Of a DNA stretch of 64,000 nucleotides, positions 46,901 through 55,946 are shown in pieces. The stretch's first letter is position 1; each line of letters starts with the position of its first letter. Location: positions 1-64,000 of the IMG/VR virus record IMGVR_UViG_3300031994_000064; one strand, given 5' to 3'. This DNA is from a virus (lineage: Duplodnaviria; Caudoviricetes). Below the pieces are notes generated by a model. The model ran no database searches and was not told the origin of the DNA. It saw only the letters and a program-made list of their open reading frames with translations. Both the position numbers and the translations under genes were made by a program.

Positions 46901-47608
46901 GAGGTTACCGTTGAATTGAACGAAAAAGTCAAAAAAAGAAACTTGTTCTACCCGATACCGTACAACCCTTACCAAAACACAGAATACGTGGAATCGCAGA
47001 ACAAAATGGCTGTGATGAAAATCGTGAAAGAAATGATTGGCGACACTGCTTCTCCGATAAACCAAAACGTAAATGACTTGAAAGTCAGCGGTGACATAAC
47101 ATTGTCAAACGGCGTTTCTTTGAACTCGCAGATAGCCGCCATAAACGCACAGATTTTCACCAACGACAACATTCAGACAAAATACAATATATGGGCTAAA
47201 ATCAAAGATGTTGCAGAAGCCGAAAACCTTTTCAAAGACGGTGTTTTTGCGACAGAATACAACAGCATTTCACCGACAAACTCTGCTGTTTCAAAACTTG
47301 AAAACGGCGTGTTCGGCAAAGACGGCTTGCACGTGGAGTTTTCAGACACCATCGCTGGAATCTCTTTCGAGCAAAAGATTTTTGTCGAAGAAGAAACGGC
47401 ATACACAATCGTCTTTTACGCTAAATCCGACGACAATGTGAACATAGACACTAAAATATATTATTTTGACGAAGACGACAAATCGTTGTCTTATGACACG
47501 TTTGAAAACAGAGAGCTGACAACAGAGTGGCAAAAAATTGTTTTCTTGATAAACACGCCACAAGCGACAAATTACCTTACTATAAAAATCAACAAGTCCG
47601 CATCTTAG
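43919..47608 (+). CDS. Tail hub / tail-associated protein (1229 aa) with C-terminal carbohydrate-binding-like domain
   Basis: NRITGFGSEENIP and TLKAALDLIYETWE motifs typical of siphovirus Tal-like proteins; C-terminal CBM4/9-like beta sandwich. Confidence 0.75.
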   Translation: MEKVLRLYEIPDVENIVTVLGSGDSLPESGFSENDLFINLNTDGLYKAVENQSQQLQWVQIQFDETKYYRDKSAETPLFFNFSQQYGLNEYDVSFPQNAERAAEITSFTYSATRMGNAPTISGTLMYRQCLDELWTDRVCVFFNKKFYFIDKIPTSEYNNTDERYKHSCEFVSENKLLENVYFTNVVDVEHSGEDEAMLPMQWLDFTFFGGISEFVSRLNLSLEYSGLDAQHVGFRVVKDYLEPVEEKLITISETTLKAALDLIYETWEIPYWFDGYTIHIGYSNEQQMQQAGITMPTFQYGAVQSLLSLQKSQSNDIVNRITGFGSEENIPTFYPNKNPNAIELQYQRNQTLMVDYAKIVNPYKTVKLKPSESVHQGVPSGSYFKYMPITKTYNYDQFMSVNTHAKPKVVDEDGDPSLVLTAIEDYNCQSRYFVQGHGGTPSIIGHSNAHPEYNIICKRIWVWLREGTFESLSIKDEMDAVEMFKKSGASQVLFYDTNAPKFFVKAQSYTYTREQYETVIGNNQGFNQNSSANLIDKYFTLRTESNDVVYVWDDGTETDTYNEVFPIDIQSFPAGTTCLSFTVGLMAKYNDATAPTSYVQTQFKTKTQTVITHTLLSTPDWSLNADGNVAHLWRYGIRLNSDVTPLENDIIYFTKETGALPYYCGMLMPYSFRLTNDIWINAKNNEYLKENGTDYYSFENLYKISCAKEHVENFDDIKPTIKGMMNNDTPSKRIDQIIDVAFDQDDNNDLQENGTDYQHPYFFVKLAKTSLDDGYGFNLFDCAIDGDTMKLNMADGNCGGCTFEVMVDYNDGVAVNPIGVFTEAKTINGVTYAAGTPYRNANGDVMTSNAPNTSGQQDTSAAEVWIALRKDNETFGSYANGAEVVLPDSKRGENFIPQEGDSFTIINICLPYAYIIAAEQRLYYAILDYMERNNPRTWSFSVKFSSIYYKKHYEFMDKWLNESSQLPFVYNDIERKYFVQSYSYKMSNNSALPEVTVELNEKVKKRNLFYPIPYNPYQNTEYVESQNKMAVMKIVKEMIGDTASPINQNVNDLKVSGDITLSNGVSLNSQIAAINAQIFTNDNIQTKYNIWAKIKDVAEAENLFKDGVFATEYNSISPTNSAVSKLENGVFGKDGLHVEFSDTIAGISFEQKIFVEEETAYTIVFYAKSDDNVNIDTKIYYFDEDDKSLSYDTFENRELTTEWQKIVFLINTPQATNYLTIKINKSAS

Positions 47609-47643
47609 TGAACTACCGCTTGGCTAAAGACCAATGGGTTTTC
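47608..47643 (+). mobile_element. IS200/IS605-type end hairpin remnant
   Basis: TTAG|TGAACTACC-GCTTGG-CTAAAG-ACCAATGGGTTTT resembles the recalled AACTACCC..CTAAAG..GGG end consensus. Confidence 0.5.
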
Positions 47644-47676
47644 TTGGCAAATTAATTATAAAATGCGGACTTTTCT

Positions 47677-48618
47677 TTATCCTTTCAAGTACAGCGCATT
47701 TGGGTCGAACATCGCCGACTTGTCTTGCTCTTCCCATGCTCCGTTAGCTTTTTTATACGCTTTGTTTACTGACTGCCATGTGCCGTTGACCTTGACCTTT
47801 ATATCAGACGCTTCAACCCAGTTGCCGTTGCGCTTCACGAATATCTTGTTTCCTCGAAGATAAAAGTGAATGAAATGGTCTTCCGACACATTTGTCAAAG
47901 AGTATGTTGCGCTTACGCTGCCACCTGCCTGTGGCTCAAGCTGCGACGTGACATCAATGCCGTTATCCTCAATGATGACGTTTGTAAGGTCACCTAAAAT
48001 GTCAAATGTCCTCCCGCCTCCAGCAACTATGTCAGCTCTACTCGGAGACATGAGCACTCCTGACACGTTGCTGACGGCCGCAACCTCATACACAACCTGG
48101 TTGTAAGTGTAATTTACCGTCAGTGTAGCACCGTAAAAGCGGAAATTTGTAGTTGAATTAGCATTATTAGCATTGGTTGACCTTTTTGCATATAATCTTA
48201 TACTAAGATTGTTAACTTCTTGAGCCGTCCACGAATCAGTATTGTTACTTAAAGTGGATATTGTTGACGTTGATGTTGTTACAGTTATTTCAGTTCCTTT
48301 CCCGACACCATTTGCGAACATCTGCATCTTTCTTTGTCCAGAAAGCAAAGTTGAAGTTTGTGTTGTAGAAATATATGCTTTTGCTTGACAAGTCAATGAA
48401 TTTATCGTTGCTCCGGAAGGGACCAAATCGCTTGCAAAATCAAAATACATATATGTCTCGGCACTTACTCCGCGAGCAAGATATATAGTTGCGTAAGTGG
48501 TGCTATCCGCTTCAGTATATCCTCTTGTCACGTTTGACACGGAATAAACTTCTGCCGAATCATAATGGTTAGACGATGGGTTAACCGACTTGCTGTCTGT
48601 TATTGTCTCTGTTCTCAT
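47677..48618 (-). CDS. Fibre/adhesin-associated beta protein
   Basis: Probable start MRTETIT at 48618; Ser/Thr/Asn-rich; C-terminal KVNGTWQ...KKANGAWEE motif. Confidence 0.6.
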   Translation of the reverse strand: MRTETITDSKSVNPSSNHYDSAEVYSVSNVTRGYTEADSTTYATIYLARGVSAETYMYFDFASDLVPSGATINSLTCQAKAYISTTQTSTLLSGQRKMQMFANGVGKGTEITVTTSTSTISTLSNNTDSWTAQEVNNLSIRLYAKRSTNANNANSTTNFRFYGATLTVNYTYNQVVYEVAAVSNVSGVLMSPSRADIVAGGGRTFDILGDLTNVIIEDNGIDVTSQLEPQAGGSVSATYSLTNVSEDHFIHFYLRGNKIFVKRNGNWVEASDIKVKVNGTWQSVNKAYKKANGAWEEQDKSAMFDPNALYLKG

Positions 48619-51086
48619 TACGATTGTATTTGTATATAAATGTCGCCGTCGGCACCAAGCGAGCTTGACGGTGCTGATGTCCCGCTGTAAATGGTAACAG
48701 GTTTTGTCCACTCGACATCGGTTTCTGTACTGTTCACGGTAAGCACTTTGCCAGCGTTGTTGTCTAAAGACGGCAGCTCAAACTCGTCCGTTATGCCGAT
48801 ACCGGTCATGTATATATGCGCGGCTTTGGCTTCACCGTTGTTGCCTGTGTTAAGGTACATGAACATCGCACCTTCCGGGACTTTGAACGTTCTCTTTCCG
48901 CCAACGGCGACAGACACGGTAGTTTCCCACCCGTCTGAATAATCGGGCGTTGTGCCGTATGTTGTGGATTCATAGCTGTCGAGAAAAGCTATATATGCCG
49001 CAGTTGACGAATTTGACTCCACAGTGACTTCCCTTATGTCAGCGACAGGCACAATCCAATGTTTGTAAGTCGATGATGACACCCATTTTCCAGACGCTGT
49101 AGCTATATAGTTGTTATGCGATTCATATTCGTTGTCAAGCCGCGAAACGATGTCTTTCTTGTTCCAAAGTTTGCGTAATTCAATTCCAATCGTTTTGTTT
49201 TGAACAGGATTAGTGCTTGTTTCGGATATTTCTGTGTCAACGACAAGCCGTTGCTGAATATCAAATGTGAAAAATTTCCAGCCATCTGTAGTTGTATATC
49301 TTAACACGTGATATTTTACTGTTAAAACTGATGTTGAAGATGTGGTTTGCGAAAATCCAGTGAAAACAACAAACGGATTAGAATTTGCTTGATTCAAAAG
49401 CAAAAAGTCTGTCGTAGGATACGATAGTTTGCAAATGACAATTTTGTTCGCATCTTTCGCTTCCACAATTTCAGCTGGTGTTTTGTCCATCGTGTTGTTT
49501 GAAATGTCATAATTGCATACAAACACTTCTTCTGTGTCGCCCCCACTTTGCTCTACCCATTCAACTCCAGTAGCTTCGCTGTTGACTGCAAGGACCTTGC
49601 CAGAGTTGTCGTCAATTGACGGATAATCCGACAAGTCATCAAGTTTGTTGGTTATTCCGATGCCTGTAAACAACAAAGAGACGGGTGTCGATCCAAAACC
49701 AAGATATAGATATTGTGCATCTTTAGGTACTTTATAAGTATGCGTACCTAAACGGTAATCCTTTCTTCCAGAATAACCTTCTGCATAAGTTGATGACGGC
49801 GGTGTACCTTCCGTATAAGTTTTTAGAAATGTGTAGTGACTACTTACGTTTGGGTCTGATGTAATTGTAAATTCTTTAATGTCGTTACACGGTATTATAC
49901 AATGTTTGATTGTTGTGCTGTTTGTCCAAGTGCCGCTGGAGTTTATATACCCATTCTTTTTTTGATATTCATTATCGATTCTTCCAACTATTTCTTTCTT
50001 GTTCCACAGCTTTCTCAACTCAATACCGATTACTTGGTTTTGCACAGGATTTGTGCTTGTTTCGGATATTTCTGTGTCAACTGTCACATTGTCGCCTATT
50101 GTCAAATCACCGCTACCAAGAAGGCTGTTGCCGTTGATGGTTTTAATGTTCTGACCTGTGCCAGTCCCAATGAGTAATTCTTGAGCACGGAATTTGAAAT
50201 AATTCCATTTTGATGAAGAATCATAATAAAGACTATATACGTCACTACCATCAATATGGGTAAAAAACAATTGAAATGTGCCTTCTTTTGAATCCTCAAC
50301 ATAACCAATACAGTGATATAGTAGACGTTCATTCTTGCTTGACTGAATTATTGGATTAATTCCAATAACACACTTTGTCTCCGTTTTCAAAGCCGCAAGA
50401 ATATTTGCTGGTGTCATGCTTGACGTGTACAAACCTCCAGATAAAGTCCAAGTAAAATAAACCACTTCTGTCGGAACATCGTTCAGCGTAATAAAATTAG
50501 TGTCATTGGTGAAGTAACTCAAAGCAGCTGGCAACCCAATCAAATCGGAATATGTACCTGTCTTCGCTACTTTGTGCAAATTGACCGTTCCGCTCAACGC
50601 TTCTGACGAGCTTGTTGACTGCGCTGTTGTGTTTGTCGTGTTCAACGTGCCGGGTGCGGAAGGTATTGTCGGCTTGTTCTTGATATAGTCGTCTTTGGTG
50701 TTGTCGCTCTGGTTCCAGTCTGATTGTACGTTCTTCTCCGCACCCGCTTCGATGTCCGCCAACTTGCTTTTCTCTGTTGTGGTGTAGTTGTTGTCGGTAT
50801 GAACGTATCCCGCATCAGTTACGATATTCTGCGGCTTGTTCTTGATGTATGCGGGGTCTGTCGCGTCAGTTTCGCTCCAATCGGACTGTTCTTGCTCGGG
50901 TATGTTTTGCAAAGCATTGTACACGCCGCCGCTTGTTATCGGGTTTGTGCTGCCGCTCGTGGGTGTGGTGTCAACTGTTTCTGGGACAAGGTACATTTCC
51001 GTGTCTGACGGAGATTGTATCTGTTCGTACTGCGCTTCTGACAGCACGTTTATTTTTAAATCGTTTACTTGGGTGTCTGTGGGCAT
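48618..51086 (-). CDS. Fibre / receptor-binding protein with internal repeats (822 aa)
   Basis: Duplicated DTEISETSTNPVQN...IGIELRKLWNKK module; [13 protein letters not shown] repeats. Confidence 0.65.
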   Translation of the reverse strand: MPTDTQVNDLKINVLSEAQYEQIQSPSDTEMYLVPETVDTTPTSGSTNPITSGGVYNALQNIPEQEQSDWSETDATDPAYIKNKPQNIVTDAGYVHTDNNYTTTEKSKLADIEAGAEKNVQSDWNQSDNTKDDYIKNKPTIPSAPGTLNTTNTTAQSTSSSEALSGTVNLHKVAKTGTYSDLIGLPAALSYFTNDTNFITLNDVPTEVVYFTWTLSGGLYTSSMTPANILAALKTETKCVIGINPIIQSSKNERLLYHCIGYVEDSKEGTFQLFFTHIDGSDVYSLYYDSSSKWNYFKFRAQELLIGTGTGQNIKTINGNSLLGSGDLTIGDNVTVDTEISETSTNPVQNQVIGIELRKLWNKKEIVGRIDNEYQKKNGYINSSGTWTNSTTIKHCIIPCNDIKEFTITSDPNVSSHYTFLKTYTEGTPPSSTYAEGYSGRKDYRLGTHTYKVPKDAQYLYLGFGSTPVSLLFTGIGITNKLDDLSDYPSIDDNSGKVLAVNSEATGVEWVEQSGGDTEEVFVCNYDISNNTMDKTPAEIVEAKDANKIVICKLSYPTTDFLLLNQANSNPFVVFTGFSQTTSSTSVLTVKYHVLRYTTTDGWKFFTFDIQQRLVVDTEISETSTNPVQNKTIGIELRKLWNKKDIVSRLDNEYESHNNYIATASGKWVSSSTYKHWIVPVADIREVTVESNSSTAAYIAFLDSYESTTYGTTPDYSDGWETTVSVAVGGKRTFKVPEGAMFMYLNTGNNGEAKAAHIYMTGIGITDEFELPSLDNNAGKVLTVNSTETDVEWTKPVTIYSGTSAPSSSLGADGDIYIQIQS

Positions 51087-51113
51087 ATATTTGTGTTTTT
51101 TATATTTTATTCG

Positions 51114-51773
51114 TCAATTCGGCATAACGGTGATATTGAATGAAGCTATGGCTGTTTCATCGCAATCATTCTCCGCAAACAAACTGATGTTGTGCGGAAC
51201 ATAATGACCGTCTATTAATACCGATTCTTGGTAATGGTCGTCTGGTGTTTTCCCCGCTATATTCTCGAAATAACCGTTCGCCCTTGTGCTTGGGTGTATC
51301 ATCGACAAATCAACAGTGGCATAATTCTGCCCTGCGTCACAATACACGGTTATATCATTCGGCACGTTCAGCCACTCAAGTTCAACGGGCGATTTCAATT
51401 CCACGTCCACGTGCCCAATCCTGCCGTTAGCATCCTTTGCGTATATCGTCTTGTGGCACACGACAATGCCTCCGTATTGGTCTGTGCTTTCGTATACAGT
51501 ACCCGAAACGGAAAGCCCGCTGAAAACACCCGTGCTGTTCGTGGTTGTGAAATTCGGTTCTAACGAATAGACATAAGGTGCTGTACCGCCGCTCGCGGAA
51601 ACAGTTATGCTTCCATCCGCACCGTCAAAGCAGGTCACGTCTTTATGCGCAGATACGTTTTCTGTCACAGTCAATGCGACACCAAGCACAAAAGAGCCTT
51701 TACCGCTGAACGATGGGCTTTTCAGCTTGTATCTGTTGCTTCCGTTATATAGTTTGTATCTTATCAGTGCCAT
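51114..51773 (-). CDS. SprB-repeat-containing protein
   Basis: [27 protein letters not shown] motif. Confidence 0.7.
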   Translation of the reverse strand: MALIRYKLYNGSNRYKLKSPSFSGKGSFVLGVALTVTENVSAHKDVTCFDGADGSITVSASGGTAPYVYSLEPNFTTTNSTGVFSGLSVSGTVYESTDQYGGIVVCHKTIYAKDANGRIGHVDVELKSPVELEWLNVPNDITVYCDAGQNYATVDLSMIHPSTRANGYFENIAGKTPDDHYQESVLIDGHYVPHNISLFAENDCDETAIASFNITVMPN

Positions 51774-51774
51774 G

Positions 51775-53064
51775 TCACCAATGTCTGAATGTTACTGTCG
51801 TGAGTGTCGGCTTGTTTGACAAATCGTCATAGTCCCCGCTCGTGGCTACATTTGCCAAATTCGGCTTGTTGTTCAGTTGATTGTAATTTCCAGTAAACGC
51901 AACGGTGTTTAACGCTCCGTTTTCCCAGCATCGGTGTAGCTCGCTGTAAACAAGCACATCATAATCATCGGGAAGATAAATGTCTGTATCATTTAAATCT
52001 TCAATGGAGGCTGGTATAGTCGGTTTGTTCTTTATATAGTCGTCTTTGGTGTTGTCGCTTTGATTCCAGTCAGACTGTACGTTTTTTTCCGCTCCCACCT
52101 CTATGCCGTCAAGTTTGGTTTTCATCGTCAACGTGAAAACCTTGTTGACATTCCCGTCAACGACCAAATCCGCTGACAGCGGGTTCTGTGGCGTTATCTC
52201 GCTCTGCAAGCCGGCAACCAGGTCTGCGACGGAAAACTCGATCGTGCTGCCGTTCTGAAGCGTCAAAACAACCTTCTTCGTGCTGTCGTCATAATAACCG
52301 CTGACTACAACGCTCTCCAACGGCAAGTCTATTGTCCCAGCACTACCGAGGTTGTTCCCGTCTTGGTCTTTCAGTTGGGCTGTCACGACAAAAGAAGAAC
52401 TGTTCACGGACAGCGACAATGACGCACCATATTTCGTGCTTGACGGCAAGGCAGACACATCGTTTGCCGTAGTAGGAACAGTGATGTTTATGGTTTTGTC
52501 AACAGACGCATTTGCCGTGAACGTGTCTATCGTAGTACTGTTTTTCTGAATGGTAAGCACTGCGTTGTTGACGGTCGGTATCGTCGGCTTGTTGAGCAAA
52601 TCATCGTAGCTTCCAGTCTTTGAAACTTTATGCAGATTAACATCGCCGCTCAAAGATTCGCTTGCGGATGGAGTCTGTGCGGATGTATTCGTGGTGTCCA
52701 GCGTACCCGCCATGCCTTGCCGCGTGTCGCTGTCCGTGAACGGAAGATTCCCGACGGTTGTAACACCGTCGCCGACCTTGTATTTCGGGACAGGAATTGT
52801 CTGCCCGCCTTGTGTTATAGTTCCGCCGTCGGAATATATTATCTCCTCGCCTTTCTTCGGTATGTATGTCGCATGCTCCTCCCAATAGGCGGAGGTGTTT
52901 GTGTATCTGCCTATCTGTTCTCCAGAAAGCGGCTCTTTCAAAGAAGGCACATATTTGTCCGGCGTTGTCACGCTTGCAACAATGTTGCCGTCTTGGTCAA
53001 CGGCTGTCAAGTCGCTTCTGAACACCATCAAGCCGTCTATGTCAAAAGATTCTTTCGTCGGCAT
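51775..53064 (-). CDS. Fibre-like protein with SGxYxDLxNKP repeats
   Basis: [37 protein letters not shown]; YKVGDGVT motif. Confidence 0.65.
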   Translation of the reverse strand: MPTKESFDIDGLMVFRSDLTAVDQDGNIVASVTTPDKYVPSLKEPLSGEQIGRYTNTSAYWEEHATYIPKKGEEIIYSDGGTITQGGQTIPVPKYKVGDGVTTVGNLPFTDSDTRQGMAGTLDTTNTSAQTPSASESLSGDVNLHKVSKTGSYDDLLNKPTIPTVNNAVLTIQKNSTTIDTFTANASVDKTINITVPTTANDVSALPSSTKYGASLSLSVNSSSFVVTAQLKDQDGNNLGSAGTIDLPLESVVVSGYYDDSTKKVVLTLQNGSTIEFSVADLVAGLQSEITPQNPLSADLVVDGNVNKVFTLTMKTKLDGIEVGAEKNVQSDWNQSDNTKDDYIKNKPTIPASIEDLNDTDIYLPDDYDVLVYSELHRCWENGALNTVAFTGNYNQLNNKPNLANVATSGDYDDLSNKPTLTTVTFRHW

Positions 53065-53094
53065 ATACTGTTTTTGAAAGGTTGTTGAAAAAAA

Positions 53095-53931
53095 TTATTG
53101 ATTATCTCCGCCGAATCCGTTTGTGTTGCCCATCCATTCCGCGATTTCGTAGGCATCGTCGTAGGTCGTTTCGCCTGCCGTGATAGGAGGTGTCGGGAAT
53201 GCGAAGTTGAGCGTTGTGCCGTCGTCGGACATGTCGAATGTGCAGCCCGAGTACATGCTGTCGCAGCCGCCGTAGCCGATGGTGGTCAGTTGTGGAATAT
53301 TAGCCGCAGCTGTGAGGGAGGTGCAGCCCGAGTACATGAAGTCGCAGCCGTAGTCGCCAATAGAGGTGATAGTGTCCATCGCAGGAGGCGTGAGCAGGAC
53401 AGGCTCAACGTCTTCACCAATGATTGCAAACAAGTTCATAAAACCGTAATCAGGAACTTCCGTTAATTCCATTGTCTTGTCAAGAAGCGACATTATATTC
53501 CCGCCTGCTGAAACGCTGCCATCAATGACAAAATTGGTGAAACTCGGCGTTTCTTGTCCTTCAACAATAGCTCCTAATCCATTCGGGTTGTTGCCTCTGA
53601 TGAAAAGTCTTTCCCCGACAGAATACAACAACTTTCCATCAAATCTATGAACTCCATCTATTGTTGTATAGTGCCACTGATGCCATTCTTTTCTGTCCCA
53701 GCTCCACTCAAAGTTCGGTGCGGTTTCAAGCGTTGAAACAAAGCCTACATGACTGTTGATTGCAAGATTATCAAAATAAAGCGGCAACATTTCCGGCTCT
53801 GGTTCTACTGGCGTAAAACTGCCATCGTGAATCGTTTTCATCAGCTTGCCGTCTTCCAAGTAAACGGTCTTGTGCCATTTGCATTTCGGGTTTTCTATGT
53901 CAAGTCTTCCGACCTCTTTTCTGCGTTCCAT
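53095..53931 (-). CDS. BspA-like leucine-rich-repeat surface protein
   Basis: MYSGCTSL repeats 27 aa apart; 18-bp direct repeat at 53240 and 53321. Confidence 0.65.
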   Translation of the reverse strand: MERRKEVGRLDIENPKCKWHKTVYLEDGKLMKTIHDGSFTPVEPEPEMLPLYFDNLAINSHVGFVSTLETAPNFEWSWDRKEWHQWHYTTIDGVHRFDGKLLYSVGERLFIRGNNPNGLGAIVEGQETPSFTNFVIDGSVSAGGNIMSLLDKTMELTEVPDYGFMNLFAIIGEDVEPVLLTPPAMDTITSIGDYGCDFMYSGCTSLTAAANIPQLTTIGYGGCDSMYSGCTFDMSDDGTTLNFAFPTPPITAGETTYDDAYEIAEWMGNTNGFGGDNQ

Positions 53932-54060
53932 ATTCTCGGTTTTATAAAACTAAAATCTTTTTCTCTGCGCTCTGTGTCGCGGGTTTCTTGACTCTCTTTG
54001 TTTGATTTTCCTTATGTGGTTTGACTTTCCCATTGAAACATCCGCAAAACAAAAACACCG

Positions 54061-54068
54061 CAAAAATA
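54061..54068 (-). promoter_or_regulatory. Sigma -7 element for the fibre/adhesin operon
   Basis: TATTTTTG on the minus strand. Confidence 0.6.
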
Positions 54069-54118
54069 CAAAAATATTGTATAATCGCGGTGTTGTAACA
54101 CAAAAAAACTGTTTTCCG

Positions 54119-54517
54119 TCAAAATTCCCTTGCCACTTCAAGAACTGAATCCGACATTTCAGCCATCAAGTCGCCAAGCATATAGCAGAATTCCTCTTCG
54201 GTCAGCTTTATAACAAAAGCTTTCGTGATGTGGGAGCATATATGGGCGACCTCGTGGCTTAACGTGTTTATGAACTCTTTGAAGCTTGTAGTCTTGTAAA
54301 CGACAGCCACGGACGAGCGGTATTCGGGCGAGGAATACGTAAGACCCGTGTCTTTCGCGCAGTTCATCATGCTGTATTCGGCATCAAGAAGATGATGCTT
54401 GTCGCAGCCTATCTGCTCAAGAGCGTCAAGAACCAAGTCTGTCTTCTCGCAATCGAAATCCACAAACACATCTACACGCCATCCGTAGCGCGGTATGAAA
54501 ACGGTTTCTTTTGTCAT
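54119..54517 (-). CDS. HExxH zincin-like small protein
   Basis: NTLSHEVAHIC...EEFCY; probable start MTKETV at 54517. Confidence 0.6.
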   Translation of the reverse strand: MTKETVFIPRYGWRVDVFVDFDCEKTDLVLDALEQIGCDKHHLLDAEYSMMNCAKDTGLTYSSPEYRSSVAVVYKTTSFKEFINTLSHEVAHICSHITKAFVIKLTEEEFCYMLGDLMAEMSDSVLEVAREF

Positions 54518-54948
54518 AGCATTTCCTCCCATTCGATAGGTTCGCCGTTGTTCACGCAATCGTAGAAAAATCTGCTGAATACATGACCGTCAGCTTGGTC
54601 GGGGTCGTCAACATAATCCTTGACGAAAAGAGCAAGGTGCTGCTCGTCGGGAACAGAACTGCCGAGGTAATCGGCTGTCCCCATGCTCCATGTATAGACA
54701 CCATCGTACATCACATCGTTGTCTAAAACGATGCCGTACTTGGTCATAACACTGTCGAAAACCTCTTTCGTGACGGGTGCAACCTTCTCTTTCTTGCCGT
54801 TGGCTTTGTTGACCTTGTACATCTTCGACACGGCAAACTCATACATCTTCTTGTTGAAATGCTTGCCGTAATGCCGCAGATAGTTTATCATCTCGGTCGG
54901 AAATTCATCGTATAAATCAAGCGGTTGTCTGTTCTTTGCCATATCCAA
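54514..54948 (-). CDS. Phage hypothetical protein (CCC operon)
   Basis: YLRHYGKHFNKKMYEFAVSKM motif; coupled to its neighbour. Confidence 0.75.
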   Translation of the reverse strand: MDMAKNRQPLDLYDEFPTEMINYLRHYGKHFNKKMYEFAVSKMYKVNKANGKKEKVAPVTKEVFDSVMTKYGIVLDNDVMYDGVYTWSMGTADYLGSSVPDEQHLALFVKDYVDDPDQADGHVFSRFFYDCVNNGEPIEWEEML

Positions 54949-54961
54949 GACTTTTTGATGT

Positions 54962-55246
54962 TTAGTACATGCCTCCGCGTCTGCGCCGTCTCTCGCTAAT
55001 CATGTGGCGGATTTCGTCGCCTTCGTCCATGTCACGGTTGCGGTCGGAATCGTCATCGCGCATACCGACATTCATCGGCATACGTCTGCCGTATCTGCCT
55101 CCATCAGAACCTCTGCGCTCGCCGTAGAACTCATCTTCCATTTTAGAGATGCAGTGCATCAGCTCGCCGCCAGCCAAAAGCATGTCTTCTACAAGGCTCG
55201 AAAGCTTGTCAATCTTCTTTTCGCTTATTTCAATGACTCTTGCCAT
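54962..55246 (-). CDS. Small protein with helical N-terminus and Arg/Gly/Asp-rich disordered tail
   Basis: ERRGSDGGRYGRR...RRRRRGGMY. Confidence 0.7.
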   Translation of the reverse strand: MARVIEISEKKIDKLSSLVEDMLLAGGELMHCISKMEDEFYGERRGSDGGRYGRRMPMNVGMRDDDSDRNRDMDEGDEIRHMISERRRRRGGMY

Positions 55247-55265
55247 ATTTTACTCCTTTCTTGTT

Positions 55266-55775
55266 TTAAGAAACCAAAGACTTGATGTTCTTGCTCATCT
55301 CGGCAAGCATCGCCTCCATACTGTTCATCCTTGTTTCAAGGGTGTTCATCTTGTTCTCCCTCTCCTGCTCTTTGGCGATAGATGGGTTCAGCTGTGCGCT
55401 TATCAAGTCGCACTGTTCGATGATTTTTCGGTCGTTGTCTATGCCCTCGATGCGCTTGCGGCTACTGTCGCGCATAGCGTCAATCTCGGCGCATACAGCG
55501 TCTTTGCTCTCTGAAATCAAGATGCCGTTCTCTCCGTAAATCGAAAGGTTCGATGGCACTTTCTTGAAATCCACGTTCTGCCCGTCAATGTCAACTGTGA
55601 TGTCAACCGTGGTTTCGACGCCGTTAATTAACGGGTTCAGCGGGTTCACGTTCGGCGAGTATTTAGGCACGGGGGTCGTGACCGCCGACACTCTGCCGGT
55701 CTTGAATACGATGTTGGGCAACGCCCTTTTGTCCAATATGTAGATTAAATTTGTCTGCCTTAAAGTGCTAAACAT
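55266..55775 (-). CDS. Hypothetical protein with C-terminal coiled coil (CCC operon)
   Basis: MFSTLRQTNLIYILDK; ORF track. Confidence 0.75.
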   Translation of the reverse strand: MFSTLRQTNLIYILDKRALPNIVFKTGRVSAVTTPVPKYSPNVNPLNPLINGVETTVDITVDIDGQNVDFKKVPSNLSIYGENGILISESKDAVCAEIDAMRDSSRKRIEGIDNDRKIIEQCDLISAQLNPSIAKEQERENKMNTLETRMNSMEAMLAEMSKNIKSLVS

Positions 55776-55827
55776 AGTCTTTGGTTTTTTTGTTAATAAT
55801 TAGGTTTGTTTGTTTTGAAATTTTTTG

Positions 55828-55917
55828 TATCTTTGCACCCATAATTGGGTCGATAGTTCAGACTTGCAAACTGAATGACAAGGAGATAAGTCAACGGCTC
55901 TTTCGACCCTCTATTTT
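55828..55917 (+). promoter_or_regulatory. Promoter (TATCTTTG) and three-way-junction leader of the HNH gene
   Basis: GGGTCGA/TCGACCC closes the TTCAG/CTGAA and TGAC/GTCA hairpins. Confidence 0.55.
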
Positions 55918-55946
55918 ATCGTTGGCATCATCAAAATCGTTGACAA

